Below, piece by piece: positions 40,335 to 53,786 of a stretch of DNA of 64,000 nucleotides (the stretch's first letter is position 1; every line of letters begins with the position of its first letter). Origin of the DNA: Octopus vulgaris. Taxonomy: Eukaryota. Both the position numbers and the translations under genes were made by a program. The stretch covers positions 27,404,001-27,468,000 of the forward strand of contig OX597831.1 in the NCBI GenBank assembly GCA_951406725.2, written 5' to 3'. The notes under the pieces are model-generated. The model searched no databases. It was not told the DNA's origin and was given only the letters and a program-made list of their open reading frames with translations.

Positions 40335-40700
40335 CAAACAGATAGATAGATTGATAGAACCAGGCAAGGAGCAAGAAATGAAGTAGGCAGGGAGGGGGGG
40401 GGGGGTCAATGTCCCTGACCTTTGTTGGTCACAGTTCCAGATTGTAACATTTGCTCTAACATAGACTGTAATCAGACGAACTGCTAGAAATAGCAGCCAA
40501 ATCTCAAATCACATCCCATCATCTTAGATAAGCACATGCTGGATAATATAGGCCAGGGCTCCTTGCACATAAGGAAAAGATGGGATGATCAAAGTTGGAT
40601 TGTCACAGATCAAAGGTCTGCTTGATCAGGGCTGACCCAGGGTTAAAAAATAACAACAACAACAACAACAACAACAAAAATAACAATATATCATTTTTAC

Positions 40701-40912
40701 CTGAGTCTTTCAAGCTTTCAGCGATGACAAATAGCAATTTATTACATCCATCATCGTCATCATCATTGACACCCACATCACCATTGCTGTGATGGTGAAG
40801 TGTTGTGTTGGAGGAGACCCCTGTCTCAGCACACTTCCAGTACTCGAAGGCCTTCAAACGGAGGGCCATGTTTGGAAGGTTGATCACAAAGCCTTCTCCA
40901 TCATCTTCTGCA
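40701..40912 (-). CDS. HPDL: HPDL-like exon 2
   Basis: Acceptor ttatttgtcattgtAG, donor TCAG|GTAAAA. 212 nt, phase 2 to 1. Encodes (S)AEDDGEGFVINLPNMALRLKAFEYWKCAETG...KLLFVIAESLKDS. Confidence 0.9.
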
Positions 40913-41134
40913 CTACAATGACAAATAAGACAACTTCTTACATGAAGGGCACAGACGGAAGGGGTGGGACATTTATAGGAGAAAGGAGGAGGTGATAGTG
41001 GCTGAGGTACTCAAAACCACACACACACACTCACCCACATTTAATGACTGGTACTTTTCCACCATAGCAATATGAAAAGCAAAGTGAACTTCAGCAAGAT
41101 TTGAACTCAGAGCATAAAAAGTTGTAATATTCTG

Positions 41135-41177
<43 letters not shown>

Positions 41178-41190
41178 TAATAATAATAAC

Positions 41191-41560
41191 AACATGAGCA
41201 TTCAGAAAGCGCAAACCTCTGCCAAGGCAACACCAACGTCCTTTCAACGATTAGCCAGAGACGATTTTTAAAATGAGAATATCTGAAATAAACTCGATTG
41301 CTCTCACAAATGAAAATACTAAAAATGAACCCAACCACTCTCAAAATTTAAGTAAAAAACCCAGAAAAATAATCCAGAATCCTTGTTTGGTACTGGATCG
41401 ATCCCGAAATCTAATCAGTTCGTGCCAGTCATGAGGCCAAACATCCATGAAAGTTTCATCCAAATCTATCCAGCGGTTCTTGAGATATCTTGTCCACGGG
41501 CAAACAAGCAAACAAACGTAACTGAAAACAATACCTCCGCCTTCACTAAGACTGAGGTAA
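41191..41560 (+). mobile_element. Non-autonomous Helentron/DINE-like element
   Basis: 5' AACATGAGCATTCAGAAAGCGCAAACCTCTGCCAAGG, internal AAAGTTTCATCCAAATCTATCCAGC, (CAAA)n, 3' hairpin ACCTC...GAGGT; sits in an (AAT)n tract. Confidence 0.55.
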
Positions 41561-41798
41561 TAATAATAATAATAATAATAATAATTCTTTCTAATATAGG
41601 CACAAGGCCTGAAATTTTGGGGAAAGGGATAGTCATTACATCGACCCCAGTACTCAACTGGTATTTATTTTATTGACCCTGAAAGGATGAAAGGCAAAGC
41701 TGACCGCAGCAGAATTTGAACTGATAATATAAAGATAGACAAAAAAAAAACGCTAAGCATTTTTCCTGGTGCACAAACAATTCTGCTAACTCATCGCC

Positions 41799-41832
<34 letters not shown>

Positions 41833-42391
41833 TTAATTATAATCCTTTCTACTATAGGCACAAGGCCTGGAATTTGTGGGGAGCAGATAGTTGATTTCAT
41901 TGACTCCAGTACTTGACTGGTATTTATATTATTGACTCCAAAAGGATGAAAGGCAAAGTCGACCTTGGCAGAATTTGAACACAGAACATAAACACAGATG
42001 AAATGTTGCTAAGAGACCAAAAAATCAAAAGAGGGTTCAATAATTTTAAAAGATCTCTTTTGGATTTAAAAAATTTAAACAAGTAAAAAAAATTACAAAT
42101 TATTTATTTGATGGCGGTAAATATATTTTTAATTTTTAACTCCAGGCAGTTCAAGGAGCTCACAACGCTAGAGAGCCCCTGGGCCATGGCCCACACATAA
42201 ATCCAACCTTGTAAGGTACTTTGTCTGAAGCTGTAACCATTCTAGTAATCCACACTGTATAATTATTGGTTGCAAATTTTGGCACAAGGCCAGGAATTTT
42301 AGGGGAGGGGTAAGTCGAATACATTGACCCCAGTTCTCACCTGGTTCTATTTTATTGCCCCATCCCCAAAAGGATGAAAGGTAAAGTCGAC

Positions 42392-42800
42392 GAGCTGGCA
42401 GAAACGTTAGCACGCCGGGCGAAATGCTTAGCGGTATTTCGTCTGTCGTTACGTTCTGAGTTCAAATTCCGCCGAAGTTGACTTTGCCTTTCATCCTTTT
42501 GGGGTCGATAAATAAAGTACCAGTTACGCACTGGGATCGATGTAATCGACTTAATGCCTATGTCTGTCCTTGTTTGTCCCCTCTGTGTTTAGCCCCTTGT
42601 GGGTAATAAAGAAATAGGTATTTTGTCTGTCGTTACGTTCTGAGTTCAAATTCCGCCAAAGTCGACTTTGCCTTTCATCCTTTTGGGGTCGATAAATAAA
42701 GTACCAGTTACGCACTGGGGACGATGTAATCGACTTAATACCTATGTCTGTCCTTGTTTGTCCCCTCTATGTTTAGCCCCTTGTGGGTAATAAAGAAATA
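42392..42800 (+). mobile_element. SINE family B, head plus 2 x 184-nt units, nested in an opposite-strand family B copy
   Basis: Unit starts at 42433 and 42617. Host copy interrupted with a duplicated GGTAAAGTCRAC (about 42380-42391 and 42801-42812). Confidence 0.85.
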
Positions 42801-43639
42801 GGTAAAGTCAACCTCAGTAGAATTTGAACCCAGAACATGAAAACAGACAGAATGCTATTAAGCACTTTGCCCAGTATGGTAATGATTCTGCCAGCTTGCC
42901 ATTTTACACAATATAAAATATTGATAAATATAAATATGGGCCGACCAAATCCTTGGTAGACGGAAACTGAAAGAAGCCCATCGTATATATGTATATATAT
43001 GTATGTGTGTATATGTTTGTGTGTCTGTGTTTGTCCCCACCAACATCGCTTGACAACCGATGCTGGTGTGTTTACATCCCCATAACTTAGTGGTTCGGCA
43101 AAAGAGACCGATAGAATAAGTCCTGGGGTCGATTTGCTCGACTAAAGGCGGTGCTCCAGCATGGCCACAGTCAAATGACTGAAACGAATAAAAAAGTAAA
43201 AGATAATGAGGAGATTTGAAGTGAAATGAAAACAATAACAACAAAGGATTGAAGAGGAAGACGACTTCTTTTCATAGATCACATTTTCAATGCTTTTGTT
43301 GCTATTTCAGGTCAGCCTCGATCCAGCAGACCTGTGTTCCGGCCATGACCATCCGGTCTTTTATTTATATATAGTACATTTACTTAACTTAGATATACCT
43401 GAGGCTTTGGCCATTATTGGTCCAGGCTGTATGTCCTGCTTAGGATTGACACGTTTCTTTCTCTCTCTCCATCTGTTTACTCTCCTCACTTCTTTTAGTA
43501 GAAGAACATAGACTTGAAACATCAAAAACTTCTATTTTTCATGAGCATCAAACTATAATACAGCTTGTTTGTTGCTATTTCACCTGTTGCTATATTTTGT
43601 ATATTTTTGGACCATATCGTTTAATATACCTTTCCTTAA

Positions 43640-43800
43640 CAGCTGTGTGGTAAGTAGCTTGCTAACCAACCACATGGTTCCAGGTTCAGTCCCACTGCGT
43701 GGCACCTTGGGCAAGTGTCTTCTGCTATAGCCCCGGGCCAACCAATGCCTTGTGAGTGGATTTGGTAGACAGAAACTGAAAGAAGCCTGTCGTATATATG

Positions 43801-43833
<33 letters not shown>

Positions 43834-44043
43834 TTGTGTGTCTGTGTTTGTCCCCCTAGCATTGCTTGACAACCGATGTTGGTGTGTTTACGTCCCTGTC
43901 ACTTAGCGGTTCGGCAAAAGAGACCGATAGAATAAGTACTGGGCTTACAAAGAATAAGTCCCGGTGTCGATTTGCTCGACTAAAGGCGGTGCTCCAGCAT
44001 GGCCGCAGTCAAATGACTGAAACAAGTAAAAGAGTAAAAGAGA
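43640..44043 (+). mobile_element. SINE family A
   Basis: Full length, HPDL intron 1. Confidence 0.88.
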
Positions 44044-45043
44044 GCATCTCGTACAGATGTATAACAAAAGAAAACCATCCAGCAGCAGTGGTCGAATTGC
44101 TAAACCTAAATTTCTGCAACTTTCATCCTCATCAGTAGCAAATATTCACAAACAACTGCATGCTTAGACAAATTTAGCCTTTACTCATCATCATTATCGT
44201 TTAACGTCCGCTTTCCATGCTAGCATGGGTTGGACGATTTGACTGAGGACTGACAAACCAGATGGCTGCACCAGGCTCCAATCTTGATCTGGCAGAGTTT
44301 CTACAGCTGGATGCCCTTCCTAACACCAACCACTCCGAGAGTGTAGTGGGTGCTTTTACGTACCACCGGCACGAGGGCCAGTCAGGTGGTACTGGCAACA
44401 GCCATGGAAAATTTTTTTTTTTTTATGTGTCACCAGCACACAGGCACAAGTGCCAATAAGGCGACACTGATAACGATCATGCTTGAATGGTGCCTTTTAC
44501 ATGCCACAGATACGAACGCCAGTTAGCTGCTCTGGCAACAATCACACTAGGATGGTGCTCTTAGTGCTCCACTAGCACGGATGCCAGTCATCAAATTTGA
44601 TTTCGATTCCAATTTCCCTTGCCTTAACAGGTCTTCGCAAGCAGTGTCCAATGAAGGGAAGGTATGCATAACGAAAACTGATTAACAAATCACTGGGGTT
44701 GTAAATAACTGGCAGGTTTGTTAAAAATTCGTTATTAGGAACCGAAGCACTGTTAGTTCAAAATAGCATTCTGTATATCTTTCTTAAAGTGTATATAATG
44801 CAGAAAGCTATAAACCTGTGGTATTCATCTTGAGAAGGCACTGCGTATAGATGTACATAGTGTTAAACTGCATGCTTAGACAAATTTTGCCTTTACTGAT
44901 TTAAGAATGTCAGGTGTCATTTGAGAGACATTTGACTGTTCTATGTTCTTGTTGGCATTGATTAACCCAGGTTAGAGTTGATCCAGCAGACCTATAAGCA
45001 AATATGTTCTAACGATTCTGTCCTTTTTATTGAGAAATAATTA

Positions 45044-45458
45044 AGGCGGCGAGCTTTACAGAATCGTTAACACTTCGGGCAAAATGCTTAGCGGCATTTC
45101 CTCCGTCTGCACATTCCGAGTAATTTCTACTCTTCTCCTCTGGAAGCCACTTGCTCGCGATACCAGAGGGCGCACACTCTCCTACCCTGATGTAATCTCC
45201 AGGGATACAGGCATCCAGCAACAGGACCTCCGTAATGCTATGATGAACCGTGAAGTCTGGCGTAACATAGTAAGTTCCATTGTCTCGATCACGGTCGAAC
45301 AATGATGATGATTCCGAATTCAAATTTCACCGACGTCGACTTCGCCTTACGTCCTTTCGGAGATAGATAAAATAAATACCAGTTAAACAATGGGGGTCGA
45401 TGTAATCAACTCATCCCCTCCACCAAAATTGCTGCCCTTGTAGCAAAATTTGAAACCA
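45044..45458 (+). mobile_element. SINE family B with nested RTE-X-like LINE 3' end
   Basis: SINE TSD TTATTGAGAAATAATTA (45027-45043 and 45459-45475). Insert at about 45121-45310 reads ISTLLLWKP...RGRTLSYPDVISRDTG...LRNAMMNREVWRNIV, ends in (GAT)n, flanked by duplicated ATTCCGA. Confidence 0.85.
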
Positions 45459-48114
45459 TTATTGAGAAATAATTAGCGACAAACGACACCACACAACGTG
45501 ACCGTTCATTCACTGATTCAGTTTTGTTCTTGGAGAGTAAGTAGACCAACAGAGTTATCCCCCCTTAAGGTATGAGAGAACCAACAAGGAATGGTGCGAT
45601 TCCTCAACTGAACAGAAATATGGTTAAAGCCGTCAATGTCATTTGCCAGGTATGATAATTCTTTTAATTTCTTCCCCAACAAAAGCCCTACTCAAAACCT
45701 TAAAGTTTCCTACTCATCGACATATTCTGTCAATAATATTGTATGGGTAAATGTTTACTTTTCTTCTTTTCTTTTTTGTTTCGTTTTCAGAGTTTTTTTT
45801 TTTTCGACCGTGTCTAACGTTTATTACTTTTCTCTGGGATTCTACCTTCCAATTATTGTTTAGCCCCTAAGTCAATTATTTCACATTATCGAGGGCTGTG
45901 GTGAGATGGTAGGGTGTGATTTGAGGAAAATTTGGGTAGTATTTTTAGCAAACATCAGTGGTGACGTTTGTAAGTTACTTAAAAATAAGCAGACCCTTGT
46001 ATTACTTCCCTGGCCAAGTTTTGGACGTTTAGCAGCAAGATCATCCACTATCTTTTCTAACAATAAACTTCGGGCACTTTTGTGAATTCAAAACTTCATT
46101 TATGGACGTGTAGCACCCATGACTTTTGGAAACATTGTATCACAACCAGAATTGCCGATGTATGGATGGAATAAACTTCTCACGCCAGTTAATTGTCAGG
46201 ACACCTGAAACTTTCGAAAGTTACACGCTTTCTGAAGTTCACCAACACTGCTCTTGACTAGCCTATGCACCTTTCTTCTTTACGACCCTCTTAATATTCA
46301 CTTTTTTTTCTTGTGTTTTATTTTGTGTACTGTGTATGTACTTCTAGCTTTCACGGCTGCTTTCTGTTCCCTCTTTTAACCGTTTTCGATAAGTTGTATG
46401 CACGCGAGCACTGTATATGTTAAGTTCATTTATTAAGCATACCTAAACATTTGCACGCCACCCGACTTCATTTCCTCATAATTTCCAGAAAAATGGATAT
46501 TTTTTTAATGAAATTTTCTATAAACACGCTTCAAATGGTGTAGATTCCGATAATATCGGAATTTATAGTGGGAAGAAGAGTTTCGGAAAATTCCCACGTG
46601 TTGGCTTTCAGAAAAAATCGCTTGGCAACCGATGCTGGTGTGTTTACGTCCCCGTAACTTAGCGGTTCGGCAAAAGAGACCAATAGAATAAGTCCTGGGG
46701 TCGATTTGATCGACTAAAAGCGGTGCTCCAGCATGGCCAAAGTCAAATGACTGAAACAAGTAAAAGAAAGCAAAAAATTGTCTGGAAGTTATGATGCAAC
46801 AAATTCGGCGGGACCACGTGGAGGTATAGCCATTATTATTTAGTTTATTTTGTGTATCGGCTGATGATTGTGCTGGTTCAGGATGTGAATGTGCACCTTT
46901 GTGCAAAGGAGATATACCTAACAGCAGGTGTATTGACAGCACGTATAGTATGTATATTATCAGTTTTGTCTGTGCACGTATTTGTGTGTATTAATGCGTG
47001 CTGTATGTGTGTGTGTGTGTGTGTATGGAGGGACGTGCCTTTCTTATGAGTCAAGCAACAGTATAGCAACTCAGTTATCTAGGAAGACAAGGCTAGACGT
47101 AGTACAGTACTTACAGTAACAGATAACTATTACTGGGGTCGATATGACCAGCTATATACTCCGTCATAAACCTGTGATCTTGTACCTACATTAATGCTCA
47201 GACCATACCGAGCTCGATAAAAGCTGACAGAATCATTAGAGCATCGGATAAAAATGCTGTGCGGTATTCTTAACTCTTTACATTCTGAGTTCAGATCTTG
47301 CCCAGGTCAACTTTGCCTTTCATCCTTTCAGAGGCAATGAAATAAAGTAACTGCCAAGTACTTGGGGCGATATAATTGATTAATACCCCTCACCTACCTA
47401 AATCGAAACAAATTGTTTAAAAGGCGGATGAGCTGGCAGAATAATTTGCGTGCCGGACAAAATGCTTTGCGGCATTTCGTCCGTCTTTACGTTATGAGCT
47501 TAAATTCCGCCGAGGGCGACTTTGCCTTTCATCTTTTCGGAGTCGGCGAAATAAGTACCAGTTGGGGGTACTGGTTTCGATGTAATCGACTGACCCCTCC
47601 ACCAAAATGCCAGGCCTTGTACCTAGAGTAGGAAGAATTATGATTATTTAGGACAGTGGAGTAGTAGGTGTCGATAAAGAATCGTACAAAACGACTTGTG
47701 TATGTTATGTCTATGTTCTGCGTTCAAATCCCACTGGCTGAGTTAAAAATGATTTTAAATGCAAAATAAGTTGAAGCGGTTGATCCCCCATCTTCAAAAT
47801 GTTTAGCAACGGGTCTTTGGAGCTACGTGACTTCAATTGGTATTTATTTTATCAACTCTGAAAGTTTAAAAGGCATAGTCGACCTCAGCGGCATTTGAAC
47901 TCTGAACATAAAAAGCCAGAAGAAATGTCGGTAACACGAGCGTAGCGGGTGGTGGTGGGGACACTTTTCATTCTGTTGTAGGCTAAAAGCCAGAATAGAT
48001 AAATATTGAAATAATACGGTATGCGATAATTTCCGATATTATAAAAAATTACTGTCCTCTCGAATTAGGTTTTTGAGCAGAACTTTTTTTGGCGAAGTTT
48101 CGCATGTCGTAAAT

Positions 48115-48938
48115 CAGATTTCCGTCGATTTCCGTAAAAAACTTTTATTTTTTTACATAAGTAATGAGAGCGAAAGAGACTAAGAGGAAGCGATTTTACG
48201 ACGAGAAGGTTTCACTTTGAAGTCGGCCTGTGTGTGTTTGATGGGGTGTGGGAGACAGACAGTATGTTGTGTAAGTGAAGTGCTTCTGTTAGTGTGTGCG
48301 AAGAGACAGAGAGAGTAATGTGTGAAAGAGAGAGATAACTGATTTTTTACTCGGTGTATGTGTATAAGTATGTATGCATGTATGTGTGTGTGTGTGTATG
48401 TATCTATGTATGTTTGTGTGTGTAAGTATGTGTGTGTGTATGTATGTATGTATGTATGGCCGATTCATCGTAATTTTTTACTCGGTGTATGTGTATATGT
48501 ATGTCTGCATGTATGTGTGTGTGTGTATGTATCTATGTGTGTGTGTGTGTAAGTATGTGTGTGTGTATGTATGTATGTGTGTGTGTATGTATCTATGTGT
48601 GTGTGTGTGTGTGTAAGTATGTGTGTGTGTATGTATGTATGTATGTGTGTGTGTGTATGTATCTATGTATGTGTGTGTGTGTATGTATGTATGTATGGCC
48701 GATTCATAGTAATTTTTTACTCGGTGTATGTGTATATGTATGTCTGTCTCTTCACACACACTAACAGAAGCACTTCACTTACACAACATACTGTCTGTCT
48801 CCCACACCCCATCAAACACACACAGGCCGACTTCAAAGTGAAACCTTCTCGTCGTAAAATCGCTTCCTCTTAGTCTCTTTCGCTCTCATTACTTATGTAA
48901 AAAAATAAAAGTTTTTTACGGAAATCGACGGAAATCTG
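48115..48938. repeat. 196-bp near-perfect inverted repeat around a (TG/TATG) tandem block
   Basis: 48115-48310 versus 48743-48938, 1 mismatch; followed by a 20-bp tandem duplication TGCTACTACAACCGAAACTA. Confidence 0.93.
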
Positions 48939-48994
48939 TGCTACTACAACCGAAACTATGCTACTACAACCGAAACTATGCCCTTTTTTTAATA

Positions 48995-49381
48995 CTCTCT
49001 TTACTCTTTTACTTGTTTCAGTCATTTGACTGCGGCCATGCTGGAGCACCGCCTTTAGTCGAACAAATCGACCCCGGGACTTATTCTTTGTAAGCCCAGT
49101 ACTTATTCTATCGGGCTCTTTGCCAAACCGCTAAGTGACGGGGACGTAAACACACTAGCATCGGTTGTCAAGCAATGCTAGGGGGACAAACACATACACA
49201 CACACACACATATATATATACATATATACGACAGGCTTCTTTCAGTTTCCGTCTACCAAATGCACTCACAAGGCATTGGTCGGCCCGGGGCTATAGCAGA
49301 AGACACTTGCCCAAGATACCACGCAGTGGGACTGAACCCAGAACCATGTAGTTGGTTAGCAAGCTACTTACCACAGCCACT
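48995..49381 (-). mobile_element. SINE family A
   Basis: Full length, CpGs retained. Confidence 0.88.
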
Positions 49382-51372
49382 CGTGAACTTCTGTTGCTTT
49401 GTTTTCTGTCATATTGTTCTTTTTGAACGGACTGAGCTATTCTAATATACTAAAAATAACCATTCTGGAGATGTCTCTTTCAAATTTCTTTAGCTTTAAG
49501 TAACTAAGTGAAAACTCCAATTAAATGAAAGCTCTGACTTTCTCTTTCATTTACAAATGTACATTACGCATACACATACATTTAATGGGTTCACCCATTA
49601 TCTCCCTTGGTACAAACTTGTATTATTAATTATACATTTTTAGTAATTATATTTTTAAATTACAGAAGAGAAATGATGATGATAATAATAAACATAATAA
49701 TGATTCTCCTATTTTGCTACCACGGTGACGAACATTTGGGGAAATATTTTAGATGGTGGGTGGGGGACCTGAAATCAATTTCAAATTACCTCCGGGGGTA
49801 ACCAGAAAGCGAATTCAAGTTACGGGACGTGGGGGTGTTAATCTGAAATCGCTATACCGGCAAAGAGAAAGGAGCTATAGTTCTCTGTATTCATAGTCTT
49901 GGTAGACCTTCTAAGAACAGTGAGATCAATGTTGTTGATGCTCTGCAAGTTGGGGGTAGGAAGAACATAGACATTTTGAGATAGTGGAATTGGGAGTCAA
50001 TGATTATCACCGACTCCCAAACGGTGGACCTTCCATGTTAGCTTTCCATGAGGGGCTAGGGGTGGGGAAGCGCGACAACGTTCTAGGAGAAATTCTGGGA
50101 GTCGATGAGTCGAGGTAACAGGAGGCTAACTAGATCCCAGGTATTGCTTAATCTCTGGATGGCTCTGAATAGGTCGGGCTAAGATCAAAACAACTCCAAA
50201 TGCGTCTTAGTTATTACCCCGGATTTCGAAACGGATACTTCGAAAGAAAAAATCGGAAATTATCGACTGCACCAAAATCCGTAATTTCTTCAGATCTCTA
50301 CATTGTAAGTAGCATATATTACGAATCTGCAAATTTCTTTTTAGAAGTAGGCGAGAGACGCAACTCCACCTTTTCGTAAATTTTCAGTTTTGATTTTCCA
50401 TAGCAATTTTATTTTTCTCCAGATTTGAGTTTTAAACACCCCCGGATTAAGTTTTCCTTCGAAATAATGCATTACATTAAATCCAAAAATTCTTCGAAAA
50501 ATACAAGTCAGAGTAGAAAATTTACCGAAAAAAAAGAAAAAGGGTGGGTTGTCAAAATACTCCCACGCTTGGGTCTGTGGTGGAAGACACTTCCCCCAAA
50601 GTGCCGCGCAGTGGGACTGAACCCAATATCATTTGGTTGAGAAGGGAGCTTCTGACCACACAGCCACATCTGCGCTTACACACACACACACACAATACAG
50701 CAATCAGATTGTCTTCCAAAACTGAGTGGGTGCAATTGAGTTAAACATATCCTGCATCAATGATGTCCAAAAGCGATCAGTAATGATCTATAATGGCCAA
50801 ACCCTATCTAAGTTATTGTTCTTGTCCGTAGTTTCCAAATGAATTCTCCTTAAATAATAATTCAAAACGATAGACTTATATTTAATGATGTCAATAGGAT
50901 CAATAAAAAAAAATTGTAGTAACGAAAACTATTGATTCCAACCACGACCGTCCAATTTTAAACCACTTTATTTAACATAATTACAGAAGTGTGCTCGTAA
51001 TTTCCTTTACAATGGATGTTTTTTTAACGAATTTTTGAGGGTGTAGATTTACGAATTATCTTCTTAAAAACTGCATAGCTACACAATTGTGGGTGGAATT
51101 TTGCTTTAAGCATACCATATAACCCTTTATAATTTTTTTTTTTTTGGAATTTTCTGAAAATTTTTGCGGATTTGTGTTCATACGATTATGCAAAAATCAA
51201 AAAAAGAAAAAAATTATTTAAGGCCTAATTTGGCTGTTATTTTTAGTACATCTCACGACTACCTCATACTCTCCTCGTTTGTTTGTCACTGACATTGGTT
51301 TTTCCAATATCTTTCTCCTCATAAACACATTTAATGGTATGTTGCTGAGATTTAAACCAAAAATTCGGACTG

Positions 51373-52350
51373 TACTCTTTTACTTGTTTCAGTCATTTGA
51401 CTGCGGCCATGCTGGAGCACCGCCTTTAGTCGAGCAACTCGATCCCGGGACTTATTCTTTTGTAAGCCCAGTACTTATTCTATCGGTCTTTTTTGCCGAA
51501 CCGCTAAGTTACGGGGACGTAAACACACCAGCATCGGTTGTCAAGCAATGCTAGGGGGACAAACACACACACACACACATACATACACATATATACGACA
51601 GGCTTCTTTCAGTTTCTGTCTACCAAATCCACTCACAAGGCTTTGGTCGGCCCGAGGCTATAGTAGAAGAGACTTGCCCAAGGTGCCACGCAGTGGGACT
51701 GAACCCAGAACCATGCGGTTTGTAAACAAGCTACTTACCACACAGCCACTCACTATACGTGATTTAAAAAGAAAAATTCGAAAAATTAACCAAAAAAAAA
51801 ATTTTTTTCATAGTCGTGTGAATTCCCGTGCGTAGAATACAAATTCACAAAAGTTTTCTGAAAATTCCAAAAAATTTTCTAAAAAGTTATGTGGGGTTAT
51901 AGGGCGTGTTAATCCCCACCCGACTTTGTTTCCTTACAACTTTCAGAAAAATGGATATTTTTTTAATGAAACCTACATAAGCGTAGGTGTGGCTGTGTTG
52001 TAAGTAGCTTGCTTACCAACCACATCGTTCCGGGTTCAGTCCCACTGCGTGGCACCTTGGGCAAGTGTCTTCTACTATAGCCTCGGGCCGACCAAAGCCT
52101 TGTGAGTGGATTTGGTAGACGGAAACTGAAAGAAGCCCGTCGTATATATGTATATATATATGTGTTTGTGTGTCTGTGTTTGTCCCCTGAACATCGCTTG
52201 ACAACCGATACTGGTGTGTTTACGTCCCCGTAACTTAGCGGTTCGGCAAAAGTGACCGATAGAATAAGCACTAGGCTTACAAAAAATAAGTCCTGGGTCG
52301 ATTTGCTCGACTAAAGGCGATGCTCCAGCATGGTCACAGTCACATGACTG
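51373..52350. mobile_element. Head-to-head SINE family A pair (51373-51751 minus, 51980-52350 plus)
   Basis: Two near-consensus copies about 230 bp apart in HPDL intron 1. Confidence 0.88.
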
Positions 52351-53323
52351 GCTTCAGATTGTGTAAATTCCGTTTATATCGGAATTCGTTGTGAAAAAAA
52401 TTTTCAGAGGATGGGAGAGGAGTCTCGGAAAATTTACCCCCAAGACAGCTGTTTCCTCATAACTTGTATAGAAATGGGTATTTTTTCAACGAAGTTTTCT
52501 AAAAATATTTTTCAGATTGTGTAGATTACAATTATACTGGAATTTAATATAGAAATAAAGAAAAAAAAATTGGTGACCACACTCACATACCTATCTTTAG
52601 AAACTTTCATTAAATATAGACGAAGTCACGATTTTTTTCGTTCAACATAATTGTGATATACATCATCTAGAAGGTATCTCTGAAAGCATTCATTGCAAAA
52701 TATGTATTCTAAAGATGTTATGGGTAAACAAAATAGTGGTGATAGGGAACACATTTCTGTAGTGATTTGAGAGATTTAGCTGGTATTTCTAGCAGTCAGT
52801 AGTGACATGTAGAGACTATGAAAAATATCGAAAGGCGATCGTTATATAATACAGAAAATGAAACAAGTTGACAGAGATCGTCGTTTAGCGGTAACTCGAC
52901 AGTGAAACGAAAGAGGAAGAATACGAAAAACTCCTCAATTAAAGAATGATTACTGAAAACTGTCTTATGAAGAGCACCCTTTCTGTATGGCAACCCTCAT
53001 CTGAAGGTTATGTCATGTGTGGGTCATACATCCACCCCTTCAGATATTCCGTCGAGCTAGTAAATAATGGTATACAACTCGTTACAGTCGCTCTCTCGCT
53101 CGTTCAACCTGTTAGAAATGACAGCCAAAGTTGCCTCAAACGAATCTGTATTGTTTTAAAAATAGGATATTATAGTCTTCGACAGATTACATAAACTTAG
53201 ATAGGATCATCGCGTGTCTGTTAAAACAACTATTCCTTAGCATGCAGCGTTAATGTAGAGCTAAGGGCGGTTTCGCTGTTAGAAATCACAACCAAATCAC
53301 CCTTAAATTACACTACACTGACT

Positions 53324-53555
53324 GGTACGGTACTACTTAAGAAGAGCGGCCCCGGTGCGCGCACTCGTGCATCTAGTCATGACTAGTCGATCCTTTGTGT
53401 TTTATTTACTTTGCTTTAAAAAAATTATTATTTATTTTGTGTTTTATTTACTTTGCTAGGTAGTTTGTTGTACGATCGACTAGTCACTAGCTTGCTAGCG
53501 CAGATGCGCGAGTACGCGAGTGCGCGCACCGGGACCACTCTTCTTAAGTAGTACC
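53324..53555. mobile_element. MITE with GGTAC termini and 8-bp TSD (Merlin-like)
   Basis: TIR GGTACTACTTAAGAAGAGYGGYCCCGGTGCGCGCACTCG (about 39 bp, 2 mismatches); TSD CACTGACT at 53316-53323 and 53556-53563. Confidence 0.85.
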
Positions 53556-53786
53556 CACTGACTTTCACACGTCGCCCCCGACCATCTCCACCACCGCCAC
53601 CTCCTTCATCACCGTCACAACCACATCACCGTCATCACTTCAGTTACTATCATTATCACCAACTCCACCATATCCTCCATCACCATCGTCATAACCATAC
53701 CACCAGCATCACCATCTCCTCCTCATCATCATCATCATCATCACAACTACCGCCACAACCACCAATTATATAAGTCTTTTACTTAC

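Noticed and set aside
42433-42800. 184-nt tandem units as retrozymes
   Set aside because: No CUGANGA/GAAA core found on either strand; the element has a Pol III head and TSDs like a SINE.
51060-51960. Diverged inverted arms around the SINE at 51373
   Set aside because: Only roughly 70% similar and part of a dispersed AT-rich family (also 46440-46620, 52350-52730); boundaries could not be defined.
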